From Actinomycetota bacterium (lineage in GTDB: Bacteria; Actinomycetota; Acidimicrobiia; Acidimicrobiales; Poriferisodalaceae): DNA of 64,000 nt. The stretch is from NCBI GenBank assembly GCA_039185015.1, contig JBCDAU010000012.1:57637-121636 (forward strand), written 5' to 3'. Shown in pieces: positions 29,101-36,667 of this stretch. The notes beneath the pieces are model-generated. The model searched no databases. It was not told the origin of the DNA and saw only the letters and a list, made by a program, of their open reading frames with translations. Each line of letters starts with the position of its first letter. The first letter of the stretch is position 1. A program made the position numbers and the translations under genes.

Positions 29101-30984
29101 GGCGGCGACCTCGGCGGCGGTCGGCGCAGACTCGCCCTCCGCGACGAGGCCGTCGAGACGGGTCGAGAAGTCGGCGAACGCGGTGTCGCTGTCGAGTACG
29201 GACGCCGCCCGCTCGGCCAGCTCGCCGATGGCGCCGTCGAGCCGCTCTACGAGCGCCCCGATCCGTTCGTCGTCGGCCTGCGGAACGTCCAGCAGCAGCG
29301 CGGCCTCGCCACGGGATCGCCGCAGCGCACCCAGGGCGGAGACGACCTCGGTCGGCGTCGATGCCTGCCCGGCGGAGTCGACGACGCGCTGCGCAGTGCG
29401 CTCGGCGTCGCCGACGGTGGTCTCCGCCTCGGCCTGCTGGCGGCGGACCTTGGCGTACTCGTCGACGATCTGCCCGGCGGTGTCGACCACACCCCGGAGT
29501 CCCTCGTGGACGCCGGCAGCCTGCTCGTCGATGAGCCAGAGGTGGGTGTCGAGAGCGCGTCGGGCGGCCGAGATGATCGACTCCCAGGTGCGCTCGGACG
29601 GCTCGGCCTCCTCGACCAGGCGGGCGACGTCGTAGGCGTCGCCGAGACCGCGGACGAGGTCGGCGTTCCCGACGCGACGGACCCACGGGTCGCCCTCCTC
29701 GCTGCCGACGACCCGGTGGTCGGGATCGGCGAACGCGGTCTCCCACCACTGCACGGGGTGCACCATCGAGGGCTCGGAGTCCTGCGCAGCCGCCCGGAAG
29801 AGCACCGTCGTCCCGTCGCCGAACGGTGCGAACCCATGGCACGGGATCAGCTGGGCGATCTCCTTCCGGACGAGGTTGTACGGCGCCAGGAGGTAGTCCC
29901 CGCCGTCCCGCTCGTGGAAGACGTACAGCACGTCCTCGCCGTTCGGAGCGACCAACGCCTCCTCGAAGATCATGTCCGTCGCGGCGACGTCGAACAGGCG
30001 CGTGCCGGTCGTGGCGAGGTGGTAGCCACCGGGGAACACCACGCCGTCACCGCCCGGGAGGACGCGGCACGCCTCCAGCACGGCGTCGACGCGGGTCACG
30101 AGCCGCGTGCGGCGACCCATCACGTAGCAGCGCTCGGGCTCGGCGTAGAGCGCGACACGCACGAGCAGCACCTCGCCGACGACGGCGTAGGCGACCGTGA
30201 CGTCGGCCAACGACTGCCCGGGCACCTCGACCGCCTCATCGATCTCGATGCGGCCGTCGGGCCGTCCGTCGTCGACCCGCACCTGAAGTCGACCACCGCG
30301 AAAGCCGACAAACGCCTCGCCGCTCACCGACACGACCGGATGGGCGCCGGCGACCTGATCCTCACGGGTGCAGGCGATCCAGTCGAAGTCCTGCGCCGGC
30401 GGCCAGACGTAGTCCCGATCGCCGCGGGCGTCGAGAAAGGTGACGGAGCCGTCCGGTTCGATCGCCCACCGGAGCACGGTGAGGTCGTCGAGGCGGTCGC
30501 CGATGCGGAACGCGGCGAGCAGCTGGCCGCCGGCGACGCGGAGGTCGGCGAAGCGGGCCTTGCCGTAGAAGCGATAGAGCTTGTCGAACTCCTCGCGGAA
30601 CGCCGGGTCGGTGAGGAAGTTGGCCGGGTCGTCGGCGGCGACGGGCACGAGGTCGGGCGTGTCGCCGCCCGAGTCGACCCGCCGGTAGAGCGCGAGGACG
30701 TGCTCGGGCTCGATGCCGGCCAGGTCGAGCGACACGTTGTAGCCGAGCACGAGGAGGTCGCCGACCCGGACGAGGTCACGGGCCTCGCAGGCGACCTCCG
30801 TCTGGAGCCGGTCGGAACCGAGCAGGCGCAGCGTCGATGAGCCGAAGGCCTCGGTGCGAAGCGCGTCGATGGCGGCCGCGGCCTCGCTCAGCTCGCGGGC
30901 GGTGGTGACGAGGCGCCGACGCAGCAGGTCGTAAGACCCGCCGGTCGGCGCCGCCCCCGGATCGTCGGTGGCGGTGTCGGTCAC
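26134..30984 (-). CDS. giant (1616-aa) AAA+ ATPase-domain protein. The N-terminal ~1100 aa have no recognisable domain and the AAA module is near the C-terminus.
   Basis: Walker A LVLTSPPGYGKTTL, Walker B NVLLFIDDIQ, sensor RFAVVMAGNP. Its start lies 8 bp after the flotillin stop on the same strand. Confidence 0.8.
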   Translation of the reverse strand: MTDTATDDPGAAPTGGSYDLLRRRLVTTARELSEAAAAIDALRTEAFGSSTLRLLGSDRLQTEVACEARDLVRVGDLLVLGYNVSLDLAGIEPEHVLALYRRVDSGGDTPDLVPVAADDPANFLTDPAFREEFDKLYRFYGKARFADLRVAGGQLLAAFRIGDRLDDLTVLRWAIEPDGSVTFLDARGDRDYVWPPAQDFDWIACTREDQVAGAHPVVSVSGEAFVGFRGGRLQVRVDDGRPDGRIEIDEAVEVPGQSLADVTVAYAVVGEVLLVRVALYAEPERCYVMGRRTRLVTRVDAVLEACRVLPGGDGVVFPGGYHLATTGTRLFDVAATDMIFEEALVAPNGEDVLYVFHERDGGDYLLAPYNLVRKEIAQLIPCHGFAPFGDGTTVLFRAAAQDSEPSMVHPVQWWETAFADPDHRVVGSEEGDPWVRRVGNADLVRGLGDAYDVARLVEEAEPSERTWESIISAARRALDTHLWLIDEQAAGVHEGLRGVVDTAGQIVDEYAKVRRQQAEAETTVGDAERTAQRVVDSAGQASTPTEVVSALGALRRSRGEAALLLDVPQADDERIGALVERLDGAIGELAERAASVLDSDTAFADFSTRLDGLVAEGESAPTAAEVAAVAERLDEVTGDLDAVVDAVSSLDGGDPTARTRIVRRVADVSAAANRARAVLDGQERRRRDAESAEAFDAELALVEQTLSGAVVAASTPEQCDAELARLLVNAERIDARYADDPERVVRVAELRDRINEAFGARRSELVDERNRRARRIAEAADRLLVTITRRAAEAEDEAGIAGFFAADQMVARVRDLATELDDLGETGQAAEVRSALAAAAEEARRRVRDTADLVADDGAIAFGGSRFAPNAQPVELVLAPSSDGGVEVAVTGTEFRLDVTERLDEFADLLDRPHPSETASIYRGEYLAWAVVDAAGAEGLADLVSAAAVPDQIAARCRTEAERRHGEGYEVGVHDHDAARILGAVLPRGATDPVLRHPGAARAWGRVAVRGLTEAKRTALVARARSARAAQERVGVADGLDRLRVEVVEELAGLDGMPEIDRVAAFLVDELGRDGDAVAAASTAADLVRRLRDKLGEEGRRELELAIEANDAAVDRFLVARDWVAGLVRAEGLEDLAFDVDEAASLLAAPEVDVREIRHPGTVTVEGLVGDHPQLADGSLAVRFDELADRVGGELTRMAERWPAYQEARKAVVEEVRAAVDLDEHRPKVMAGFVRNRLIDRALLPLVGTNLARQIGAVDATDLARSGLLVLTSPPGYGKTTLMSWVADRLGMLMVKVNGPALGTATTSLDPADAPNAAARAEVAKINLALQMGRNVLLFIDDIQFTSPDLLSRFIPLADATRRIEGVVDGASRTFDLRGRRFAVVMAGNPYSTGGARFELPDMLVNRADVHNLGDVADEYAAEFALSYVENSLTATPALAAHAARLLDDVEPLVAMADGRRAPTTDGLAHRWEPGELDEAVRVLRLVRRAQAVLMQVNGAYVASAATSDEDRVAPPFLLQGSYRNMARIAAQVVPAMTEDELDEAVDEHYASEAQTLTDRAEQNLLALGALRDALSPEDAQRWAEICDRWAARTAADPSAPVVAALDRIVAALDEG

Positions 30985-30991
30985 CGGGCCG

Positions 30992-33010
30992 TCAGTCGCG
31001 GCCGTCGAGGAGCTCGCCGACCGAGCGGTCGCCGAGCCCGCCGTCGGTCACCGCCTGCCGCAGCCGGGTGGCGAGCTCGCCCCCGGACGAGCCGAGGTTG
31101 GCGCTCAACCGGGTGACGAGGTCGGCGATGGTGAGGTCTCGGACTCCGGCGGCTCCGACACCGCCCAGTCCCTCGGAGACGTCGCTCACGATGTTGCCGT
31201 TCCCCTCGAGATAGGGAGCGAGCAGCCGCTTGCCGGTCGCTCCGTTGTCGACGAACCCGTCCAGCGCCTGGCCGTGACCGGCCGCGGACAGGATCCGCTC
31301 GACGATGCCCTCGTCGGAGACGATCTGCATGTCGGCGTTGGACAACGACTCGCCGAGCGCGGACGCCGCCGACTTGGCGACGTCGGCCCGTGCCTCGATG
31401 GCGGCGAGGTCGATCTCCCGCTCGACGTCGAGCCGCAGGCGGAACTCCTCGTGGTCCTGCCCGGCGGCGGTCATCGCACCGACACCCTCGGACTTGGCCT
31501 TGAGCCCCTCGCCCTCGCCCTCCAATCGGGCCTGGGTCGCGTCGCCCTCGGCGACGCCGAGCTCGCGCACCGCCTCGGCCTGGGCCCGCTGGACCTCGAC
31601 GTCGGCGAGGCCGGTGGCCCGGATGGCATCGGCCCGCTCGCGCTCGACCTGCACGTCGGCGAGCCCGTCGGCCGCCGACTCGGCCTGCGTGCCCTCGGCC
31701 CGCCGCTTGGACGCCTCCATCTCCTGGGAGGCGGCATCGGCCTCGGCGCGGGCGAGGATCGTGCGTCGCTCGGCCTCGGATCCCGCTGCCTGCTTGTCGG
31801 CGTCGGCTTCCTTCACCTTGGCGATGAAGGCCGCCTCGGCGGTGCCCTCGGCCGACTTCACCTCGGCGGTGGCGTGGCGCTGGGCGTCCTCGACGACGCG
31901 CAGGGTCGCGATCTCCTCTTCCTTCTGGGCGACGCCGAGATCGGCCTCGACCCGACCGCGTGCGACCTCGGCGAGCTCACGGGACCGCAGCTCCTTCTCC
32001 TGACCGGCCTCTGCCACCGCGGTGTCGCGGCCGACGACGGCGAGCAACCGGTCGCGCTCGATCTCCTCGGTCTGGACGGCGATCACGCGCTGACGGTTCG
32101 CGTCGGCGAGAGCGACCTCGCGGTCCTTGTTCTGCTCGGCGACGCCGATGCCCTGATCGGTCGTGATCCGGGCCTCCTCGGCCAGCCGCCTGGACTCGGC
32201 CTCGACCTCCGAGGCCGACGCCTCCGCGCGGGCCTGCACGGTGCGGATCTCCTGCTGCTGGCGCGCCTCGGCCTCGGCCCGGTCGCGCTCCATCTCGAAG
32301 ACGGCCTTGTCGGCATCGGTCGTCCGCCGGGTGGTCTCCTCGCGCTCGCGCTCCTGCGCGTCGTTGGTGCGGATGTGCTGGTCGGCGGTGCGCTCGGTGA
32401 TCTTCCGGATGCCGTCGGCGTCGAGGATGTTGTCGGGGTCGAGCGCCTCGATCGGCGTCTGCTCCAGGTAGTCGATGGCGACGTCCTCGAGGACGTACCC
32501 GTTCAGGTCCTGCCCGATGATCTCGATGATGGCGTCCTTGAACTCCTGCCGGGAGATGTAGAGCTCCTCGAACTCGAACTGCTTGCCGGCGGTCTTCAGG
32601 GCCTCGGAGAACTTGGCGGCGAAGAGGTCGCGCATCGTGGCGATGTCGGAGGCGCGCTCGCAGCCGACCTGCTGGGCGACTCGGATGACGGCAGCCTCGG
32701 TCTTGTCGACCTTCACGTAGAACTCGACGGCGATGTCGGCCCGGACGTTGTCCTTGCAGACCAGGCCGTCCTTGCCTCGCCGATCGATCTGGATGTTCTT
32801 GACCGAGATGTCCATGGTCTCGGCCTTGTGGATCACGGGGATCACGACCTGTCCGGTGAAGGTGACCACGACGGTCCTCCACTTGGAGACGACGAGCGCC
32901 TGGCCCTGCGGGACCTTGCGGAACAGTCGCGTGACGATCAGCGCCAACCCGAGGATGACGACGAGGGCGATCGCGATGGCGACGCCGGCAGCGGTGAGGA
33001 TCCCATCCAT
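30992..33010 (-). CDS. flotillin-family (SPFH/band-7) protein with a long Ala/Glu-rich coiled-coil tail
   Basis: Start MDGILTAAGVAIAIALVVILGL (TM anchor). SPFH core ...VPQGQALVVSKWRTVVVTFTGQVVIPVIHKAETMDISVKNIQI... The upstream part of the track ORF was trimmed. Confidence 0.85.
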   Translation of the reverse strand: MDGILTAAGVAIAIALVVILGLALIVTRLFRKVPQGQALVVSKWRTVVVTFTGQVVIPVIHKAETMDISVKNIQIDRRGKDGLVCKDNVRADIAVEFYVKVDKTEAAVIRVAQQVGCERASDIATMRDLFAAKFSEALKTAGKQFEFEELYISRQEFKDAIIEIIGQDLNGYVLEDVAIDYLEQTPIEALDPDNILDADGIRKITERTADQHIRTNDAQEREREETTRRTTDADKAVFEMERDRAEAEARQQQEIRTVQARAEASASEVEAESRRLAEEARITTDQGIGVAEQNKDREVALADANRQRVIAVQTEEIERDRLLAVVGRDTAVAEAGQEKELRSRELAEVARGRVEADLGVAQKEEEIATLRVVEDAQRHATAEVKSAEGTAEAAFIAKVKEADADKQAAGSEAERRTILARAEADAASQEMEASKRRAEGTQAESAADGLADVQVERERADAIRATGLADVEVQRAQAEAVRELGVAEGDATQARLEGEGEGLKAKSEGVGAMTAAGQDHEEFRLRLDVEREIDLAAIEARADVAKSAASALGESLSNADMQIVSDEGIVERILSAAGHGQALDGFVDNGATGKRLLAPYLEGNGNIVSDVSEGLGGVGAAGVRDLTIADLVTRLSANLGSSGGELATRLRQAVTDGGLGDRSVGELLDGRD

Positions 33011-33017
33011 CGGTGAC

Positions 33018-33635
33018 TCAATCTCCTGTTTCCGGGAACATGTCGGACTCGCGGACCACCGTGTAGGTCGACGCCTCCGGGTCGAACTCGACGAGTCGGA
33101 TGCGGTCGCCGGCGGCGAGGCCGAGCGACTTCTCGTCACGGATCTCGATGCGCGACTGGGAACCGTCCTCCCAGTCGGCGTCGGCGTAACCGAAGCGGCC
33201 GTCGACGCGACCGGAGCGGACGACGGCGGGCTGACCGATGAGCTCCCGGCCGTGCGGTGCACGAGCGGTCTCGAGACGATCGCCGAGCGGGCGGGCGATG
33301 CGCGCGCCGAGCAGGACGCCTCCGGCCAACGCGACCGCGGCGACCACCAGGCCGACCACGATCGCCGCGGCGCCGTCGAGCGGATCGACCACGACGAGCT
33401 GGCCGACGATCGCCAGGAACCACCCGATCAGCGTGACGATGCTCACGACGACCAGCGGGGGGACGCCGGCGACGCCGAGCGACTCGAACGCCTCGTCGAG
33501 CGCACCTTCTCCGGCGTCCGACTCGAGGTCGAGGAAGCCGACGATCGAGATCGCCCACAGGACGAGGCAGATCACCAGCGGGACACCGAACACCAACCCG
33601 AGCGGACTCGTCGCCGCATCCCAGAACTCGGTCAC
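33018..33635 (-). CDS. NfeD-family membrane protein (TM N-terminus plus C-terminal OB-fold)
   Basis: Hydrophobic N-terminus, then ...AVVRSGRVDGRFGYADADWEDGSQSRIEIRDE...GDRIRLVEFDPEASTYTV. Sits directly upstream of the flotillin gene, which is the classic pairing. Confidence 0.7.
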   Translation of the reverse strand: MTEFWDAATSPLGLVFGVPLVICLVLWAISIVGFLDLESDAGEGALDEAFESLGVAGVPPLVVVSIVTLIGWFLAIVGQLVVVDPLDGAAAIVVGLVVAAVALAGGVLLGARIARPLGDRLETARAPHGRELIGQPAVVRSGRVDGRFGYADADWEDGSQSRIEIRDEKSLGLAAGDRIRLVEFDPEASTYTVVRESDMFPETGD

Positions 33636-33790
33636 CGCTCCCCCAGCCCCCGGATGCCACCCGCCATGTCTTCGAAGATACCGACGGCACGGCCCGGTCC
33701 GGGCTGGGGACCACCACCCATGGTGCCACCGCCCTCGCAGTGCTCCGGCTGGCCCGACATCGGCGTCCACCCCTCGGGCAGACTGCTCCG

Positions 33791-34171
33791 ATGGCCGGGG
33801 ATCCGCACGCCGACGTCGAGACCCTCCACCAGTTCGCGTTGACGCTGCCCGAGGCATGGCCCGACGAGCCATGGGGCGACCGGGTCGTCAAGGTGAAGAA
33901 GAAGATCTTCCTCTTCGTCAGCGGCACCGACTCCGAACGAGCCGTCGCCACCTGCAAGCTGCCCGAGTCACGCGAGCACGCGCTGTCCTACCCGGAGGCG
34001 TTCCCGACCAGGTACGGCCTCGGGAAGCACGGCTGGGTCACGATGTTCGTCGACACGGTGCCGATCGAGGAACGTGAGGTCCTGCTCGACTTCGTCGAGG
34101 AGAGCTATCGAGCGGTCGCCACGAAGACCCTCGTCAAGCGCCTCGACGAGGAGCTCGCCGCCGAGAGCTGA
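33791..34171 (+). CDS. MmcQ/YjbR-family protein
   Basis: ...PWGDRVVKVKKKIFLFVSG...HGWVTMFVD... 126 aa. Confidence 0.7.
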   Translation: MAGDPHADVETLHQFALTLPEAWPDEPWGDRVVKVKKKIFLFVSGTDSERAVATCKLPESREHALSYPEAFPTRYGLGKHGWVTMFVDTVPIEEREVLLDFVEESYRAVATKTLVKRLDEELAAES

Positions 34172-34213
34172 TCTCGTCGTCCCCGCGCTGGTCTCGCTTC
34201 CTCGATGCTCCAC

Positions 34214-34228
34214 CCCACCTCCGGTGGG
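34214..34228. terminator. GC hairpin cccacc-tcc-ggtggg between convergent genes (candidate terminator; no U-tract)
   Basis: Perfect 6-bp stem seen in the sequence. Confidence 0.25.
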
Positions 34229-34268
34229 TCTGCGCATCCGCTCGCTCGACGGGCCGCTCGGGCCCTGG

Positions 34269-34649
34269 TCAGCTCAGCCTTCGCCGGAAGCGTCCGGCTC
34301 CGAGGGTCACGACCCCCGGGGCGAGCCGGTCGATGAGGCCACGGTCGGAGGTCACGACCGTCACCTCGGACGGCACGATGTCGACCAGCGCGTCTTCGAC
34401 GATCTCGACCACGCGGTCATCGGCGGCGTCGCGTCCCCGCCGGCTCGCGAACTCGACCTGGAGGTTGCCGCCGGCCAGCACCCTCAGGCGTTCGTGCGAG
34501 GCACCGTCGTAGACCACCACCACGTCGTCGTCATGGTCTCGCGCCCACACCGCGATCTGCTGGGTCAGCCGTTCGGCCGCGCCGAGCGGGTCGTTCCACC
34601 ACCCGTCGCCGGCCGCTCCCATCACGTTGTTGCCGTCGATGACCCACAC
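34269..34649 (-). CDS. NYN-domain (YacP-like) protein
   Basis: MWVIDGNNVMGAAGDGWW...VVVVYDG... 126 aa. Confidence 0.7.
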   Translation of the reverse strand: MWVIDGNNVMGAAGDGWWNDPLGAAERLTQQIAVWARDHDDDVVVVYDGASHERLRVLAGGNLQVEFASRRGRDAADDRVVEIVEDALVDIVPSEVTVVTSDRGLIDRLAPGVVTLGAGRFRRRLS

Positions 34650-34676
34650 CGGGTCGGGACCCTACGCTGCTCGGTC

Positions 34677-35114
34677 GTGACGACGCTCGTGACCGTCCTG
34701 ATCGCCGTCGGCGTGGCGCTCCTCCTCATCGGTCTCCTCGCCATGCGCTGGCTGCGCGGAGCCCGCGCCGGCGCGATCGCCGCCGGTGAGCGGCTGCTCG
34801 GCGGGTGGGAACCGGTGGTCGTGGACACCGCGGCCAACTGCTTCGGCCTCGCCTCCTCCGGTCCGGGCCAGGTCCGCGGCAACGGCTACCTCGCGGCCAC
34901 CGAGGACGTCGTCGTCTTCGTCATGTGGGTGCCGCGCCGCGAGGTGAAGATCCCGCGGCCCCTCGTCGTGGAGGCGACCACGACCCGCTCCCACCTCGGC
35001 AAGACCGTGAACCGAGACCTCCTCCACCTCCGCTGGATCGCGGAGGACGGGTCCGAGGAGGACAGCGCCTTCGCCGTCAGGAACCTCGGCGCCTGGCTCG
35101 ACGAGCTCGGCTGA
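34677..35114 (+). CDS. hypothetical protein with one N-terminal TM helix
   Basis: GTG start chosen as the first in-frame start after the convergent NYN gene. VTTLVTVLIAVGVALLLIGLLAMRWL... The start is uncertain. Confidence 0.4.
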   Translation: MTTLVTVLIAVGVALLLIGLLAMRWLRGARAGAIAAGERLLGGWEPVVVDTAANCFGLASSGPGQVRGNGYLAATEDVVVFVMWVPRREVKIPRPLVVEATTTRSHLGKTVNRDLLHLRWIAEDGSEEDSAFAVRNLGAWLDELG

Positions 35115-35232
35115 GCGGGCGGCACCATCGTCGGCCCGGCCGACGGGCTCGACGAGGTGCTCCGCTGCGCCGATCGGGAGATGTACGCCGCCAAGCGGGC
35201 CGGCACGAGCCGGGCCGTGCTCGGCGTCGTCT
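35115..35232 (+). pseudogene. remnant encoding only the C-terminal ~38 aa of a GGDEF (diguanylate cyclase) domain, in frame immediately after the TGA of the preceding ORF
   Basis: Translation AGGTIVGPADGLDEVLRCADREMYAAKRAGTSRAVLGVV* matches the GGDEF C-terminal consensus (...AD.AmY.AK..GrNr...). The upstream ORF has no GGDEF motifs. Confidence 0.5.
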
Positions 35233-35247
35233 GAGGCAGCCTCCCGG

Positions 35248-36639
35248 CTACTCGCTGGGTTCGGTCGGCGGTGCCGGCGGCTCGTCGCCGGGGCACGGCG
35301 CTGCGAACAGGTGAGCCCCCGGCGTCGGATCGGTGAACCGGCACCCGTAGTCCGGAGCCGCCACGGCCGCCGGGTCGAGGATCGGGTCGCCCTCGGGACG
35401 CACGTCGTCCTCGACCCAGGTGACGAGGTCGGCGAAGGCCTGCTCGTACTCGGCGAGGGTGAAGTCGCAGTGGCCCGAGCCTCGGATGGCCCGCTGCACG
35501 AGCAGGTGCTCGCGACCCCAGGACGCCACGTCCTCGGCGTAGTCGATCTGCATGCCGAACGGCACGAACAGGTCGCCGAGGTTGTGCAGCGACAGCACGG
35601 GGTCCGAGATCCGGCCGGTGATCGCCTCGTTCTTCCGAGCCGAGGGATGGGCCGTCACGCGAGCGATCGCGTCGTTGAAGGCGGCCTCCTCGTCGCTCAC
35701 CGCAGGGTCGAGGTCGAGCTGGTACACGTCGTGGGAGTTGTCCACGACGTTCTGGCCGCCGCTGTTCGGCAGCGTGCCATCGCCGAGACCGAGGTCGAAC
35801 AGGAAGTTGCCCGGTCCGGTGCCGTTGTCGGGGAACGTGTTCCAGAAGAACCACGCCTCGTCGAAGTTCGGCCGATCGCCGCCGCTCTCCAGCTCGGCGA
35901 ACTGCTTGAACGTCTCGCCGGTCTCGTTGAGCACGGTCGGCCAGCCGTCCGGCGCGAACTCGAGCGCCGCCTTGATCGCCGGGACCGTCGCCCCGACGTA
36001 CGCCAGTGGGTCGACCGGGAAGGCCGACGTTCCGGTGCCGAGCTGCTGGGCGCCGAGGTTGAACGACAGGAAGTAGTCGAAGAGCTCGTAGTCGCCCATG
36101 ACGCCGCAGACCGGCAGGGCGCCGTCGTAGAGCCAGCGGTAGCGCTCCATCGAGTAGCCGGTGACGTGGCCACCCATCGACGCGCCGGAGAGGTAGATCC
36201 GGTCCGGCCAGTGGTCGAGCACACGGCGGCCCATGTACGAGGCCAGGATCTTGGTCGACAGCGCTCCCGAGAGGATGTCGTATCCGTTGCGGTCGTAGCT
36301 CGAGGCGGCCCACGCGTAGCCCTGCGACAGGGCGTACTCGCGGAACGGCAGGTTGTCGACGGTCAGCTCGGGGACGTCACCCCGGAACCCGTGCGCCCAC
36401 ATCACGAGGTCGCCGTTCCAGTCAGCGGGGATCTCGTAGCGGTAGGCGGCGCCTCGCCAGACACCCCAGCCCTGCTCGGCGTCCTCGAACCCGGGCAGCG
36501 GCTCGAAGGGCAACGTCGACTCGTCGACGAAGAACTGCGGCCCCTCCGGCTCGCCGGTGTCCTGCGCCGACGACGTGCCGACGGCGAGCAGGCTGGCGAG
36601 CAGCACCACGGACAGCATGAGCAACGACCTTCGACGCAT
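35248..36639 (-). CDS. secreted alpha/beta-hydrolase-fold protein
   Basis: RBS ggagggg. Signal peptide MRRRSLLMLSVVLLASLLAVGTSSA. Nucleophile elbow GASMGGH. Confidence 0.75.
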   Translation of the reverse strand: MRRRSLLMLSVVLLASLLAVGTSSAQDTGEPEGPQFFVDESTLPFEPLPGFEDAEQGWGVWRGAAYRYEIPADWNGDLVMWAHGFRGDVPELTVDNLPFREYALSQGYAWAASSYDRNGYDILSGALSTKILASYMGRRVLDHWPDRIYLSGASMGGHVTGYSMERYRWLYDGALPVCGVMGDYELFDYFLSFNLGAQQLGTGTSAFPVDPLAYVGATVPAIKAALEFAPDGWPTVLNETGETFKQFAELESGGDRPNFDEAWFFWNTFPDNGTGPGNFLFDLGLGDGTLPNSGGQNVVDNSHDVYQLDLDPAVSDEEAAFNDAIARVTAHPSARKNEAITGRISDPVLSLHNLGDLFVPFGMQIDYAEDVASWGREHLLVQRAIRGSGHCDFTLAEYEQAFADLVTWVEDDVRPEGDPILDPAAVAAPDYGCRFTDPTPGAHLFAAPCPGDEPPAPPTEPSE

Positions 36640-36667
36640 GGACCCCTCCGTTCGCGACGCCGACACG

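Noticed and set aside
26338-30840. 1500-aa plus-strand ORF
   Set aside because: Antisense to the giant AAA+ ATPase gene. It is extremely Arg/Gly/Asp-rich with no motifs. The sense frame has Walker motifs and operon context.
35112-35114. Programmed TGA read-through or selenocysteine joining the small ORF to the GGDEF tail
   Set aside because: The upstream ORF has none of the GGDEF catalytic motifs and no SECIS-like structure is apparent. A deletion remnant is more parsimonious.
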